Origin: Octopus sinensis
Taxonomy: Eukaryota
DNA length: 64,000 bases
NCBI RefSeq assembly: GCF_006345805.1
Contig: NC_042999.1
Coordinates: 29,264,001-29,328,000, forward strand
Direction: 5' to 3'
Of the stretch, positions 41,811 to 56,359 are shown one piece after another. The notes beneath the pieces were generated by a model. It did no database searches, was not told where the DNA came from, and saw nothing but the letters and a program-made list of their open reading frames with translations. Positions within the stretch are counted from its first letter, which is position 1. The number at the start of each line of letters is the position of its first letter. Made by a program: the position numbers and the translations under genes.

Positions 41811-42654
41811 GAACTTTCTTTATCTTAGATTTTAAAAGTAAAAGAAGGATAAAAAGCGAATTATTTAAGGGAAGACCGAATATACATACGTATACATATT
41901 TTGATAGAGAGACACTTACATACCAACACACACTCACACTTAATTCCACACTCATATGTATGAAATATATGCGAATTGAAAATGAGGATTTCTGTCCCTG
42001 GACAATAATATACTTTAACAATTTCGAATTCAGTTATATCAGGTAACTTAGAGATTCGATGGTTATCTCCAGGTCAGACCCACGTTTAGACGTCTAAACT
42101 AATTAAACACCTTTCGAAGTTTTATATGTATAAAAAAAATAATGATTCGAAAATATAACATATAAACGTGATTGTTTAGATCTGCATAGATTATAATGTT
42201 AACAAACTGATGAGAACCAGCTAATGACTTCCACTAACTCGTGCTTAACTCCGGAGTGTGATACCTGTATAAACAAAACGACAGGCATTTAGCAAGATAA
42301 CAAAAATGACAAAACGATATGAGCTCAGAAAATACATCCATCAATTAATCAGAAAATGTGAAGTGAGGAGCAGTGTTAAATGTGTCAACCTCGTGAGCAG
42401 TATCCTGGCAGATACTCTTCCCAGCAATAATAGGGAGTTTATGATTGCTCAACCACATTAAATACCGTAGTTAACTATTCCATTATTATTCTATACTGGC
42501 GGGTGAATAACAAGGATTAATATCAATCTCCCTATACATCCGCATTCGATACACACATAAATAATAGTTAAGTCATCAAACACACAAACACACACACAAA
42601 CACACATACACTCGATCTAGCGAGCGCACACATACTCATATATTTAGAATACAT

Positions 42655-43020
42655 TCTTTTCTACCCTACGCACAAGGCCCGAACATTTTGGGAAGGGGAC
42701 CAGTCGATTAGATCGAACACAGTACGCAACTGGTATTAAATTTATCAACCTCGAAAGGATGAAAGGCAAGGTCGACCTCGGTGGAATTTGAACTCAGAAC
42801 ATAAAGACAGAGGAAATACCTATTTCTTTATTGCCCACAAGGGGCTAAACATAGAGGGGACAAACAAGGACAGACATAAGTATTAAGTCGATTACATCGA
42901 CCCCAGTGCGGAACTGGTACTTAATTTATCGACCCCGAAAGGATGAAAGGCAAAGTCAACCCCGGCGGAATTTGAACTCACAACGTAACGACAGAAGAAA
43001 TACCGCTAAGCATTTCGCCG
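42655..43020 (-). mobile_element. SINE(s), composite with duplicated core
   Basis: Two copies of ...GAAAGGATGAAAGGCAA.GTC.ACC.CGG.GGAATTTGAACTCA.AAC, the reverse complement of the 18545 family core. Confidence 0.75.
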
Positions 43021-44319
43021 TTGAAGCAATGTAGCTATGTATTAATGTTGCTGAAGCCCAGCCTAATATGTGAATCAATGTTATTTACGTTACTTAAATT
43101 TCTCATGGCTCAGACGCACATGTTTAGTAGTAGTATAATATGCACATTACACTAAGCATCCTAGCTGAACTTCCTATGAAGAGAAAGAATTGTCTTCACT
43201 AAATAATATCAATATCATGTTCTCAGTCTTACAAGTTAATTTATAACAAAAATATTCGATTACATAATTTTAATTTAGATTAAGAGCAACTTACACAAAC
43301 AATAAACAATCCCTTGCCCATTAACTCACTCAGATTTTTAAATTACTTATTTGCTCCTCCTATTGATTTGTGACTTGTTGAAATATTTAATAATTAATGA
43401 TTGTTGATAAAATTGCTGTAAAGCAGAAACACTTCAATTAAGATTCATGCACAAAAAAATAATAACATGAAAATATATAAATATATTATCAATATATATA
43501 ATAGAAAAGTATATAATTATTCTATTGCTATATATATTGTCTATTGCAGATTTGTAACATACTCATAAAATTTTCTAAAAATTAATTTTTCGAAAAAATA
43601 AAATAAAATTACAAATTTCCTCATTAAGTTTTGTTGCTGAATTTGTTGTTAATATTATTGTTATTATTGTTGTTCTTCGTTTTCTAGTTTCTTGTTCTTT
43701 CTCGCTGTTCTTGTTTTGCGAACTAAATTACAAGGGCTGAAGGTATATATTTCCCGCTTTGCCCAAGACCTCATCAACAGTTACAAATTCATTTGAAATG
43801 GAAAAGGAGGATAGAGAAGGCAGTGCTGCTTTTCAACATTTTTGTTAAAATGTGAGTGAATACTGCGAGAATGTTTCGAGTGAAGTGACGATTTAACCAT
43901 GCGCCTATAGGCGATAAACATAGGATACCTGCCCAATATGTAAGATTCTCTGTCGTCGCGTGCAGCTTCAAAAAATTTAAGCCCTTCAAAATCTCCTTCA
44001 TTTAGAATATTTATCGTTGTTAAAATATATTTTGTTATCGTTTTCACTTTTTAAGCACGTCATGTTATGCAAATTCACGTTGTATGACTTTTATCGTTTT
44101 CAATACTTTTCTGAAAGCATATTATTATTATTACTATTGAGGATAGAGCATTGCATCCCATCAGAGCAAGAATGAGGGAAATCTACGGGGCCCAATATGA
44201 CCACCAGGACTACCCGTCTGATAAGGGTACACCAGGCACATGCATTGCAACTATATGTGCGCGACATGATGATTTCAAAGGAAGATAAACAGAGCAGGAT
44301 ATCCCAGCTGGCAACCTAT

Positions 44320-44834
44320 TATAATTTTCCTCGTTTTGAATTGTTACCACCTAATGCAACAATCAATGCTCCAGTCTACTGTCAGCAATGAGAGTGTTTG
44401 AACCAACCTTTGAAGAGGAAAAAGATACTCTTTAATGAATCGAAAAGGAGTGATGTCTCATCAGGACAACGCGCGATCTCACGCTGCAAAAGTCATATAA
44501 GAGAAGACCGAAGAGATTGGTTGGGAAAAAAATCCGATTCCACCTTATTCTCCCGCACTTTTTCCTTCAGACTACTATTGTTTCGTAGTTTACAGAAACA
44601 TTTAAGGGACATAGTTTTCGCAAGCCAGGAGGAGGTCAAAAATGACATTTTGAGTTCTTCGTTTTGAAACCAAAAGAGATTTAGATTCATGGGATTAAAA
44701 AGCTAGTAAATAGATGGAAGGAAGTTATTGATAATAAGGGAGAGTAGATTGATGATTAAATTTCAAGTAAATATAACGCTCAATCTATTGGTTTCTTTAT
44801 TCAAAATACGGACAGAACTTATGGGATGACCTGA
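44320..44834 (+). mobile_element. Mariner 3' fragment with TIR
   Basis: FELLPPNATINAPVYCQQ, HQDNARSH, PPYSP and DYYLFRSLQKHL. Ends GGACAGAACTTATGGGATGACCTGA followed by TA. Confidence 0.8.
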
Positions 44835-44904
44835 TACTTTCGTATATATTCCTTCGTAGTAGTATGTTGTATGTATACCATCTCCTTCATTTATCAACAG
44901 GTAT

Positions 44905-44973
<69 letters not shown>

Positions 44974-45332
44974 CGTGGGTCAAGCTCCTTGACGGTAGTG
45001 TCGGTATGTTATTTAATAGAAGCTGTTTGATTGAGCTTGGGTTTTAATTAATTTTTTGAAGCACACTTATCAAAGCTGAAGTCCATCCCGTTGTTAACAG
45101 CTCTACTACCTCTTCGTCATTTCTAACAAACAAATTCATATTGATACAGCTCTATATTTAAGAGATGAAGAATTATGTACATTATTTACATTATTTATAT
45201 TTGATGGATATTTGTCCTAATCTTTTTTGTTCTTAGTTAACACAACGTTTAGGCTGGTTACCCTCCAAACTTCAGCTGGTATCTTGGGGAAATTTCTAGA
45301 CTGGGTTCTCATTCCTAAGGTATTTTCGATGG

Positions 45333-45445
<113 letters not shown>

Positions 45446-45470
45446 TTAATATTGATATAAATAATTGGTT

Positions 45471-45887
45471 TAGGAGTGGCTGTGTGGTAAGTAGCTTACC
45501 ACATATTTCCGTTTTCAGTCCGACTCCGTGGCACCTTTGTCAAGTATCTTCTACTTTAGATTCGGGCCGACCAATATTTTGTGAGTGGATTTGGTAGACG
45601 GAAACTGAAAGAATCCCGTCGTATATATGTATATATATATATATACATATATATATATGAATGTGTGTATATGTTTTTGCGTCTGTATTTGTCCCTCCAA
45701 CATCGCTTGACAACCGATATTGGTGTGTTTACGTCCCGTAACTTAGCGGTTCGGAAAAAGACGCCGACAGTATAAGTGCTTGGCTTACAAAGAATAAGTC
45801 CTGGGGTCGATTTGCTCGACTAAAAGGCGGTGCTCCAGCATTAGCCGAAGTCAAATGACTGAAAAAAGTAAGAGCGTAAAAGAGTAA
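45471..45887 (+). mobile_element. Full-length tRNA-derived SINE
   Basis: Homologous to 30421-30822 along its length. A 60-bp piece recurs at ~47230-47290. Confidence 0.85.
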
Positions 45888-48800
45888 ATAATAATAAGTC
45901 CAGGGCCTTCGTTCGCGATATGGGGAATGGTTTCGTCCAACGTTTTATAGATGCAGCCCAGAGGAGACACTTCCTCCTTCCTAAGGTTAACTTTCCAATT
46001 CCTATTCAAAGCTCGGTTTTTTACTGCCGCTATAGCGGTATTTGTCGCATTTTTCATCCTTGATATCTATAGCCAATTCCACCTGTTTTGCAAATTCACT
46101 TGTGACTTCATGGGATTTATTCTGTAGTTTATTGCTGTGTAATGCTTCTTCGTGTTGCTGTTATTATTATTTCTATATTAGGAGATGAGCTGACAAAGAT
46201 GTTAGAATATTGGACCAAATGCTTTGCGACATTTCTTCCAAATCACTTTGTTTTGAGTTTAAACCATGTCGCTCCATGATCATTTTTACAATAAGCAACA
46301 TGAGGTATCATCAGAATACGAAAGAGAAATGACGGTCCGGTGCCAAAGCCTTGTGAGCCGATGTGGTAGACGGAAACTGAAAAGAAGAGACATTCGCATG
46401 TACGTATAAAATTATTTGATTTAAAATTATCTATAGGTAAGATAAATCGTTTTGTCAGTTTCTAGAATAAACCTTAGGAATCAGCCATTGATTCTTATAT
46501 ATTCTATAAAGTGACAAGTCGATTTAGCTTGCCCATAGGCAAAGGAGTAGCGTCAGCTATGAGGATCAATTCTATGAGGAATCAGCTAGCCGATATGATG
46601 CCCTCGCTTCCTACATAGTGGGCAATCTCCTTTTTCGTTGAATAGAAAGTATTCTGTTGAACAGAAAATATTCTATTCTATACTTTGGCGATGAGGCATT
46701 CTGTACCTTATTTACGAAGGACGGTTATATATTTTATTCCAGTATATGTACTTATATTTTTATAAAGTCTGGAGGGGAAGCACTCATGATTATCATCTCA
46801 AAATAAGTATAGTGATTACTAGCTCTGCTTGTTAATTTGAGCCATATTTGTTAATTCTACAGCTTAGTTATAATTTGGCTTAAGTTCGTTTGAGATTAGG
46901 CATATTATTCAATGAAATACTTATTCTAGCCAATCGCGGGATTTCTTAAGAGAATTCATTATACCGGGAAATATCATGATTACTTTGCAAAAACAGTGTG
47001 ATTAGAATACTTAAGTGTTATACAATGCTTCATACTCTTGCGAAAAATATTGCTTGTAGTATTGTTCGACCTAGTTTTGAGTCAATCATGATCATAAAAG
47101 CGATATTCCAGGTGGAATGCATTGCTTTATATCAGGTGTGAATGGTTTAAGATGTTTTTCGTTGGCAACGAAAGAACTAAGTTAATGTATACCTATCTTC
47201 TTTCACTCCTGACAGCTTATTTGCTGCGTACAACCGATGTTGGTGTGTTTACGTCCCGTAACTTAGCGGTTCGGAAAAAGACGCCGACAGTTCGGAGTGT
47301 CTTGAAATTGAATGGGCATATTCGAATGAGTAATACCAGAAATTCAAAGCAGCTATTTTATATCTTGCTGGTTTTCAGAGTTACAGCAGTATGTATGATG
47401 ATATGAATCAGGTGCATTATCTCTAATAATTTGGTTTGAGACGGAACACGCAAAGTGGAAGATTGGCACGAACCCATGCAACAAAAGAGACTGCAAAATA
47501 ATGGCTAGATGTCATCCACGAGGTTGAATTGACAACAAATAAGATGCATGCATGTATAGATACCCACCGTGAAGATAGTATTGGTAACATGGGGAATAGA
47601 ATAAATTTTTTACTGAAGGCGACCATGGCTTATTTGTACCAGCGTTAATTGTAACTGTTTTGCTTGCTTGTTTGCGTGTATTTTTCATCATTGTATATTA
47701 CCGTTACTTAGTGCCTTATGATTATATTTCTTTCCTTTGGTCTTCTTAGGTTAGAACGTTTTAACATAATTTTACTATGGTCTCACTTATTAAGATAAAA
47801 TCAAGTACCAAATTATATTTGGCACTTGAATTTTTTAAAGCACGTTATTTTTTCTTGATACTATTCGTTATAATACAAATTACCTTTAGCGCAGTAAATT
47901 TCGAGCTACCTAAAATAGAATCCGAGTACAAAATTCAGTTGGAAGATTCATGTACTGCGAGCTTGTTAATCATGAGGCAGTTCATTATATTCAAATGAAA
48001 ATATTTTTTTTACGAAAATATAAGTAAATTGTTTTGGAAAATGCGTAATTAACAAAGTCGTTTAATATCATACCAATTAAAAAATAGTAAGCAGAAACGG
48101 ATTTATACATTCGATCAAAGGATGAATTTCTTAAAAAAAATTGATTGCTTAAAATTTGCATGGATTATTTACTATTGTGAAAATTAGAGAACATTTTCTA
48201 AAAATTTGTTCTGTACTATAACACTCAAAAATATTGAACGTTATATTCTACAAATGATAAGAATATATCAGTGTTTCTTTTTCTTTTAATTCAATTAAAT
48301 TTACTGAAAACTTACTGTGCAAAACAGAGTTATAAGATTTTGAGTTCTTCAGATTGACTATACCATATTAGAGTTAACTTTTGTGAGAATAGAAGCCTTT
48401 AATCCAAGTCATTTACTCTGGAGATAGTTATTACTTTAATCATAAGATTCGCAACTATAACGAGATGTGACATTTCATACAAAACGCACATCAGTTCAAT
48501 TGAAAATTGGCAGTAAGACTAACAATAGATACTTATAATTCAATTACACCAACCAACTCTTATACGTAAAGAGAAGGATTTAGCTTTGCATCCTCGAAGA
48601 AAAGACATTATACGCATCAGCATATAATAAATTTACGTACAATTCTATTTATAAAGAAGTTTTACTCCAAGCTATAATTTCAAAATCGAATAGGCAATTA
48701 TATAGAAAATCGGTAAGCTATAGATATGGGAAATGTAGAAATATATTCAATGGCTTTGTTCATCAAAAGCGTGAGTATTTTATACCGTCTACATGATTGA

Positions 48801-50267
48801 AATTACGTTTTAAAATCATAAACATAAGGGCTTTTGCACTGATAGAAAACAATGCGAGCATTGTCGGTAACTTTAGATTGGAAATAGGATTATGCATGAT
48901 ATCTAAGTCCAGTATATATTTCTTAACTTCACAAAATGATCTAAACTGAATGGTCTTCTTGTTAAAGTTATAATTTCTTAGTATGTATTAATGAAACGTA
49001 ATTTATGGTAGAAGACATTGTAATAATACAACCTTACGAAAGTATTCAATTAGTATTTAAGTGAATTATAAATATATTGAGACCAAATCTGCGTATAATT
49101 TCTTGCAGTGGGTTAAAAGAGGAAGTTAATATACACACATGATTACATGCCAATTGTAGCTTAAATATATGCATATGCAGAAACACACGCACACACTCAT
49201 ACACACACAATACTCTGAGAAGGGTCAATCTAACTGAAGTTGTAAAACAACGTAGGCAGCTTCATATATTTTTTTGTAATTTTCTCTTCCTTCATAATGA
49301 CAAAAACTCTATTCCCAAAGACTTTTGTTTACAGTAGGGTACAATTTACCTCTTACGCCACAAATACAATAGTATATTTAAAACAATAATATTAACATTT
49401 TACATTCTACAATCAGAATGTGGACGCAATTGTGGTCGGCAGTAATTAGAATAAAAATCAGAAAGTTTATAATCGATTTACTTTTATTAGGCAACTGTCT
49501 AATAAAGCTTGCCATTATTCTGAATGTAATTTTAAATTCCACAACTGAAATACAAGACTATAGAAAACAGCCGGTTAAGTATATAGAAAACAGCCTCTTG
49601 ATTCGCCATCTCGAAAAATGGATTATACCGATATTGATGTATTCGCCCCAAATACGAACACGCTTGGTAAACAGGCCAATAACTTGTTACAGAACAGATA
49701 TATCTTTTATACAGGCGTCCCACGTATGGAACAAAAATGAAAATACAAATAAATAAAAGGATGGTCCCATGGAAAGAGATTGTATATATGATAAAGAGGT
49801 GCACAGGTGCAATGTTATCACAAATAAATCTATCTACAAAGTGTCAAGCGAAAGATTTCTTTCAAACGAAATACCTGCATTGATGCGGACTTAACATTCC
49901 CAAATACGCCGGTGAGCAAAATTTCTTCTCAAAATACTAACAAAAGGATTTATCATTAATTATTGTATTCTAACTATAGGAAACACTTACTTGAGACATG
50001 CGAAGGCTCGCAGGCTCTGTGAATGTGCGGCCTTGGAAATTGCATTAGCTAATATGGAACGTATGTTACTGAAACGCAAAGGATTAATCGTAAAATGAAA
50101 GCATTAGCTGAAATCAAGATCCAGAAATTTCTAAGAGAAAATGTATATCACTCTTGAAATCTACCTCTCTTTTCTTCCACTAACCACATTCATTGTTCCC
50201 CTCTAACTCAAAGTACACACTTTAGAACTGCTCATAGTTAACATACAAGTTTAACCCTTGCTTATAC

Positions 50268-50320
50268 TACTACTACTGCTACAACACAACAACAACAACA
50301 CAACAACAACAACAACAGCA

Positions 50321-50396
<76 letters not shown>

Positions 50397-50436
50397 TTAT
50401 TATTATTATAATTATTATAATTAATATTATTATTAT
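50268..50436. repeat. Compound (AAC)n(ACT)n(ATT)n microsatellite
   Basis: Seen directly. Lies downstream (in element orientation) of the minus-strand R4 copy. Confidence 0.95.
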
Positions 50437-50639
50437 ATGTTTGTCTCACCCTGAGAAATCAAGTGATAACAAGTTAGAATTTCATAATAGAAGTTAGAAT
50501 TCCATGTTGGTGTTATGCCTAGGGTATCATATATTTGGTTTTGCATGTAGTACTGATTTATAGAATGTTTAAGAAAACATGAGAAAATTATGAGTTTGTT
50601 TCCAAATTCGAGATTACATTGACAGTAATTTGCGTATGA

Positions 50640-52455
50640 TATGGGCAGCTCTCACGAGCACTATCTTTTCAAATTCTGCAAATTGGGGGTTTCCTGGTAT
50701 CTACGCTAGTTTGGAATGAACCAGGCCCTTTTGCTATCATTGCATTGTTTTAGTCTTGAGGTTCCACATTTTGCCAATTTCTATTTTAAGATCTTTATAC
50801 TTGCTCAGTAGGACTTGACATATATATTTATGTCGATTGGGACAGTCATATCAATGAAGAGGTATGATTTTTGCCTGAAATCTTTCAATATAATGTCTGA
50901 CCTATTCGCATCTGTATTTCTGTCCGTTTGAATAGTGAAGTTCCAGAGGACCAAGATGTGATCATTTTCAAGCATTGGAAGTGGTTTGTGTTCCCACCAG
51001 TTTTTGACATGGGGCAGGTCCAATATTTTCCACATCACCCGATGGATATATTGTGCTGCTATATCATGCCTGCTGAGATAATTTGTTGGTGCAAGAAGAC
51101 TGCACATGGAGACAACATGGTCAATGGTTTTATTTTGTTGTTGACATACACGTCATGTTGGGTTACTGCCGTTCTTTAATATGTTGGTCTGGTAGTTCCT
51201 TGTAGATAAACATTGACATTGTGCTGCTATGATAAACCCTTCTCTTTCTGATTTTATTCCAGAAGACATTTACAATTGTGAGGTATGGGCTTTGTCAACA
51301 TCGGCACTATTAGCTCTCTTTGGGCATTTGCCATTGAGAGGTTTTTCTTGCCACGTATCATAAAGAATATCTAAGGCAGCAGTTTCAGTACAGGTTTTCG
51401 TACGCCTGGTAGATTTTTCTGTGCTTGTTTCTAGTACGTCTAATTCTGGAATTTGTTGCATTTCGAATTCACTTAGATATCCTTCTGCATGTCTTGTTAT
51501 TGAGTATGAAGGTTTCTTCTTTTCATGCTTTGGGAGAAGTTCTAAAATCCAGTGATAAGGGTTTTTAGATAGTCAAATTGGGGCAACCTTCATTGTTAAT
51601 TCCAGCAGAATTAGTCCACGGTCACATTCTTTTCATGGCAGGTAAAGTCGTTCTATATCTGCCTTATGGTGGTGCATTATTTCCATTATCAACAATTTCC
51701 GTATTTTTCTGTCAAGCCTGCATATTTTAGTAACTGACAAGTTAATGACGTTAAAACTGTAAGTCACGACAATTATGGTTAAAATATTGGTCGGTTCGAT
51801 CCTGTTTCTTGCATTCAAGTCTGTCTTGAATATCGCCCTTACCCTGGAATATCATTCTCTTCTGATCCATTCCCTCATCACTGAATGTTTGATTCTGGCC
51901 CTTTCAAATAACCATAGGCATTTGTATCTCTCCGCTGGTTCTAACTCCTTTATCCCTTTCTGCCGGTCAAGATTACCATTCGATGTATCTCTCACTTTAC
52001 CTCTGATACAGGTAGCTTTGGCACATTTATCGAGGCCAAATTGCATCCAGATGTCATCGCTGAATTCTTTAACAATCGCTACTAAGCCTTGTAGTTGCTG
52101 GTTACTTTTCACATAGAGCTTCAAATCATCCATTAAAAATGAGATGATTTATATTTTCATTAAATATTTTATAGCCGTATTGTACCTCATTGAGCAATTT
52201 CGTGAGAGACATTAAGTCTAGACAAAAGAAGAGTGGTGACAGAGATTCTTACATCTCCAGCATTAAGAGATTCATTGCTATCGTTCAAAGTCAGTGTGGT
52301 TCTTCATTTTCACATACTTACAGATGTAAGTTTTGCAGATTAGGTGCTATTTTATACTTTTTCCAGATATTCTCAATCCAGTTTTATAGTCTATCCAGGT
52401 TATCGACAAATGTTTGTGTCGTTTGTAACTATCTTCCAAGATCAACTTATTGATG
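50640..52455 (-). mobile_element. Decayed R4/Dong-like non-LTR retrotransposon
   Basis: RT motifs WIDYK, INHLFLMDDLKLY and QFGLDKCAK; HHHKADIERLYLP; CSLLAPTNYLSRHD; RLE motif NRSDIILKD..LFIDMTVP. Confidence 0.88.
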
Positions 52456-52464
52456 GGTGCCAGA

Positions 52465-52640
52465 TGTTTATTGATGGGTGCCAGAATGGTTAGCACAGCA
52501 GCCGAAATGCTTCTCGTTATTTCGTCTGTCTTTATGTTCTGAGTTGAAATTCTGCTGAGGTTGACTTAGCTGTTCATCCTTTCGGGGTCGATAAATAAAT
52601 ACCAGTTGAGCACTGGAAACAATCTATCCGAATGGCCCCT
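52465..52640 (+). mobile_element. SINE
   Basis: GAAATGCTTCTCGTTATTTCGTCTG...GAGTTGAAATTC...CATCCTTTCGGGGTCGATAAATAAATACCAGT core. Confidence 0.75.
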
Positions 52641-52892
52641 TCCCTCAAAAGTTTGCACCATGAGCCCAGATTATTAAAGGATATTCATCGTCCGAAATTA
52701 TTCTGTCTTTAATCTGTTATTGTTTGCATTTATTCATATATACATACTTCATATCTGCTCATCCTGATTCATTTTATAACCATAATTTACCCCACCGGAA
52801 CTGGTTCCTCATCAACAAAGGTCTCAGATTTCAGAGTCAAAGAACTAATTATTGGACCGCCACGAAGAATATCTGGATCTCTTCTGTTAACG

Positions 52893-53428
<536 letters not shown>

Positions 53429-53577
53429 ATATACAAAGAGCAATAAAGATTCAAGTTAATTTTAAAAAATTTACTTGAATATGGTACTTAGATGCACAAA
53501 AAAAAACTATACTGATTTAACAATACAGTAATGTGGGGTGATTATAAGCGACAAAGAAGCAACAAGAATGGATAGGT

Positions 53578-53668
53578 TTTTAGTACGATCGTTTCATACA
53601 AGGACAGGTTTTATTAAAAGTTGCAAAGATTACAGCATATAAACGAGTCCCGTACTCATCAGCTAAAA
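53578..53668 (-). ncRNA. Type I hammerhead ribozyme, family 1 (left arm)
   Basis: Exact mirror of 57797-57887. Confidence 0.82.
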
Positions 53669-55109
53669 TACAGTAAGTTCTCTAGACATCCTAGTGTTTG
53701 AGGCTATACTCATGAAGTAATGTAGATAATTAAACAGATTTCTAAAGTTCATTAAAGTTCTTTAAAGATGATGTACAGTCTTATCACAGAATTTTAAAAA
53801 AGTTTTGATAGCATCACAGAGAAGGTGACCTAATCCATATGAATTTCCATAGATATGATGAGGGATTATATACTCACAGAAGACAAATTTATCCATTGTT
53901 AATTACAACGAGGTGGGTCTCAATTCCTGCTTATTAGCATTACAGAGAGGGTGAATTAATCCTTTGTATATATGCACAGATTCCAATGGTGTAGATGTAA
54001 ATTTCCAGAGAAATGGAGATGAATTTCATATTCACAGGCGATAAATTTTACAATGGTTGAACACAATGAGGTAGGTATCAATCCTTGTTATATGATTAGG
54101 TATTTGCCACATTAATCACATTACTGCTATTCACAAGAGGCTGTGGCTATTTAACTCTTAAAGGCTGAAGGACTTATTAGATCGGCCAAGAATAGAGAAG
54201 GGAATAGAAGAAAAGAGAGAAAATAATGGAGGAGGGAGCAAAAAGGGGGGGGGAAGGGGGACTAAAAGAGAAGAGAAAAGGAAACAGAGAATAAGAAGAA
54301 GAAAAAGAAAAAAGAAAAAGAGAAAGAAATAGGGAGGAAGGGAAAAAAAGAAAAGAAAAAAAGAGGGTTCTAGTTATACAGAAGAGTTAGTAGACTGTAA
54401 GTCTGGTTTTAATCAACAGGCATCTAGGAACTAGAGGAGAATATTATTCTTTGACCAGTAAACCGTTAATTTATTGCTGTTGAAATCAGCTATGAGTTTA
54501 AAGAGAATCTAAAGAGATAACACAGTCAGGGGTTAAGGGGTCAGATGCTAAAATCACCAGAAAATACATTAGGAAAATCTAAGTATAATCTTATCAAAAA
54601 GTCATTAAAAATTTACTTATTTAATTTATTCATTTTATTGTCTTAAGGAGTTGTCGTTATTATTCATACATTGACTGACTACAGGTCAAATCTTATAAGA
54701 TCATTTACAAGGTGTTAGGGGATTGTCTATCATAATGAAGATAATCATATTATCACCGAGGGAATAGCCTTATTTATTTAATTATGAAATAGAATTATGG
54801 GGCTACAGTAACTAATTATAATTTATTAGAGTTATGCTATTTAAATTAGATTAAGTTAGGAATTAAAATTAAATATTACAATTAAGATTTAAAATTAAGA
54901 ATTTAAAAATTGTGAGTTTGAAATTAAATAAAGCCTCAATTAAGTAGCGAATAAGTACTATTCATTTCCCTGTTCTCAAAAAACTGATGCAGATATAAGG
55001 AAAAAGATAAAGATAACTGTAATGTGAGAACTCTTAGTTATCTACTTAAAGCAGTGCTATACTAGTAGAAATCAAGTTATATCTATCTATCTAGTTATGA
55101 ATATTCCAA

Positions 55110-55535
55110 TCATTTAAAATATTTTAAAGTCTTCAATTTAGCGTGGACACAAACTTGACCTAGTTCGATATGGTTATTCAATAAGTTTCTATGTTTACTA
55201 TGCTTTAGAATTTCGTACGTCTCCATGGAGCATAGTTGACAACCAACCCTACTATTTTTATACGGAATTGCTCTCCTAACTATTTCCCAATTAAGGGTAT
55301 AATTTTTATTATTATTTTTGAGTTCCCAGATTTTGTTTGAAAGTGTGGTGGTACCAGCTTTATGACGTAATTTAAAAGTCGAGATGTGATTTCTAACTCT
55401 GGCTAAAAAATTAATTGTACAGCCAATGTAAAAATATTTGTTATTCTCCGTGGATATGGTACATTTATAGATTACATTATTTTCCCTACATAGACCAGGT
55501 GCCGGGCATTTTGATTTTATTCTACACTTACACAC
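55110..55535 (-). CDS. Penelope-like GIY-YIG endonuclease domain (C-terminal; Neptune-like by inference), left arm
   Basis: CKCRIKSKCPAPGLC (Cys motif), VIYKCT...FYIGCT (GIY-YIG variant), R..NH, IWELK...WEI, CQLCSMETYEI, LLN...ELGQVCVH. The frame is open from 55598 and there is no ATG start. Confidence 0.85.
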   Translation of the reverse strand: MCKCRIKSKCPAPGLCRENNVIYKCTISTENNKYFYIGCTINFLARVRNHISTFKLRHKAGTTTLSNKIWELKNNNKNYTLNWEIVRRAIPYKNSRVGCQLCSMETYEILKHSKHRNLLNNHIELGQVCVHAKLKTLKYFK

Positions 55536-55939
55536 AGGAGGAACAACTTCAGGCCTTGGATTATTCCTGGGTAGATGTTTAAGGTTCCTATTTTTTGATT
55601 ATCATTTCTATAGTTGGTGCTGATATCTAAAGTATTGTTATTATTTATTGATCCTTCTGTTTCATCATTTAGGTGTAAAGTCCTACCAAGATTTCTTATA
55701 TTATTCGTAATGTTATTATTATTGTAATAATAATAATTATTATTGTAATAATAATAACATTACGAATAATATAAGAAATCTTGGTAGGACTTTACACCTA
55801 AATGATGAAACAGAAGGATCAATAAATAATAACAATACTTTAGATATCAGCACCAACTATAGAAATGATAATCAAAATAATAGGAACCTTAAACATCTAC
55901 CCAGGAATAATCCAAGCCTGAAGTTGTTCCTCCTGTGTA

Positions 55940-56359
55940 AAGTGTAGAATAAAATCAAAATGCCCGGCACCTGGTCTATGTAGGGAAAATAATGTAATCT
56001 ATAAATGTACCATATCCACGGAGAATAACAAATATTTTTACATTGGCTGTACAATTAATTTTTTAGCCAGAGTTAGAAATCACATCTCGACTTTTAAATT
56101 ACGTCATAAAGCTGGTACCACCACACTTTCAAACAAAATCTGGGAACTCAAAAATAATAATAAAAATTATACCCTTAATTGGGAAATAGTTAGGAGAGCA
56201 ATTCCGTATAAAAATAGTAGGGTTGGTTGTCAACTATGCTCCATGGAGACGTACGAAATTCTAAAGCATAGTAAACATAGAAACTTATTGAATAACCATA
56301 TCGAACTAGGTCAAGTTTGTGTCCACGCTAAATTGAAGACTTTAAAATATTTTAAATGA
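55940..56359 (+). pseudogene. Mirror copy of the GIY-YIG endonuclease frame, right arm
   Basis: Frame 55940-56359 reads KCRIKSKCPAPGLC...KTLKYFK*, as in the left copy. Two 1-nt deletions just upstream remove the GTG start, so it is absent from the ORF track. Confidence 0.85.

Noticed and set aside
43781-44047. Minus-strand ORFs with a possible GCAG|GTATCC donor
   Set aside because: No pyrimidine-rich acceptor and no recognisable product.
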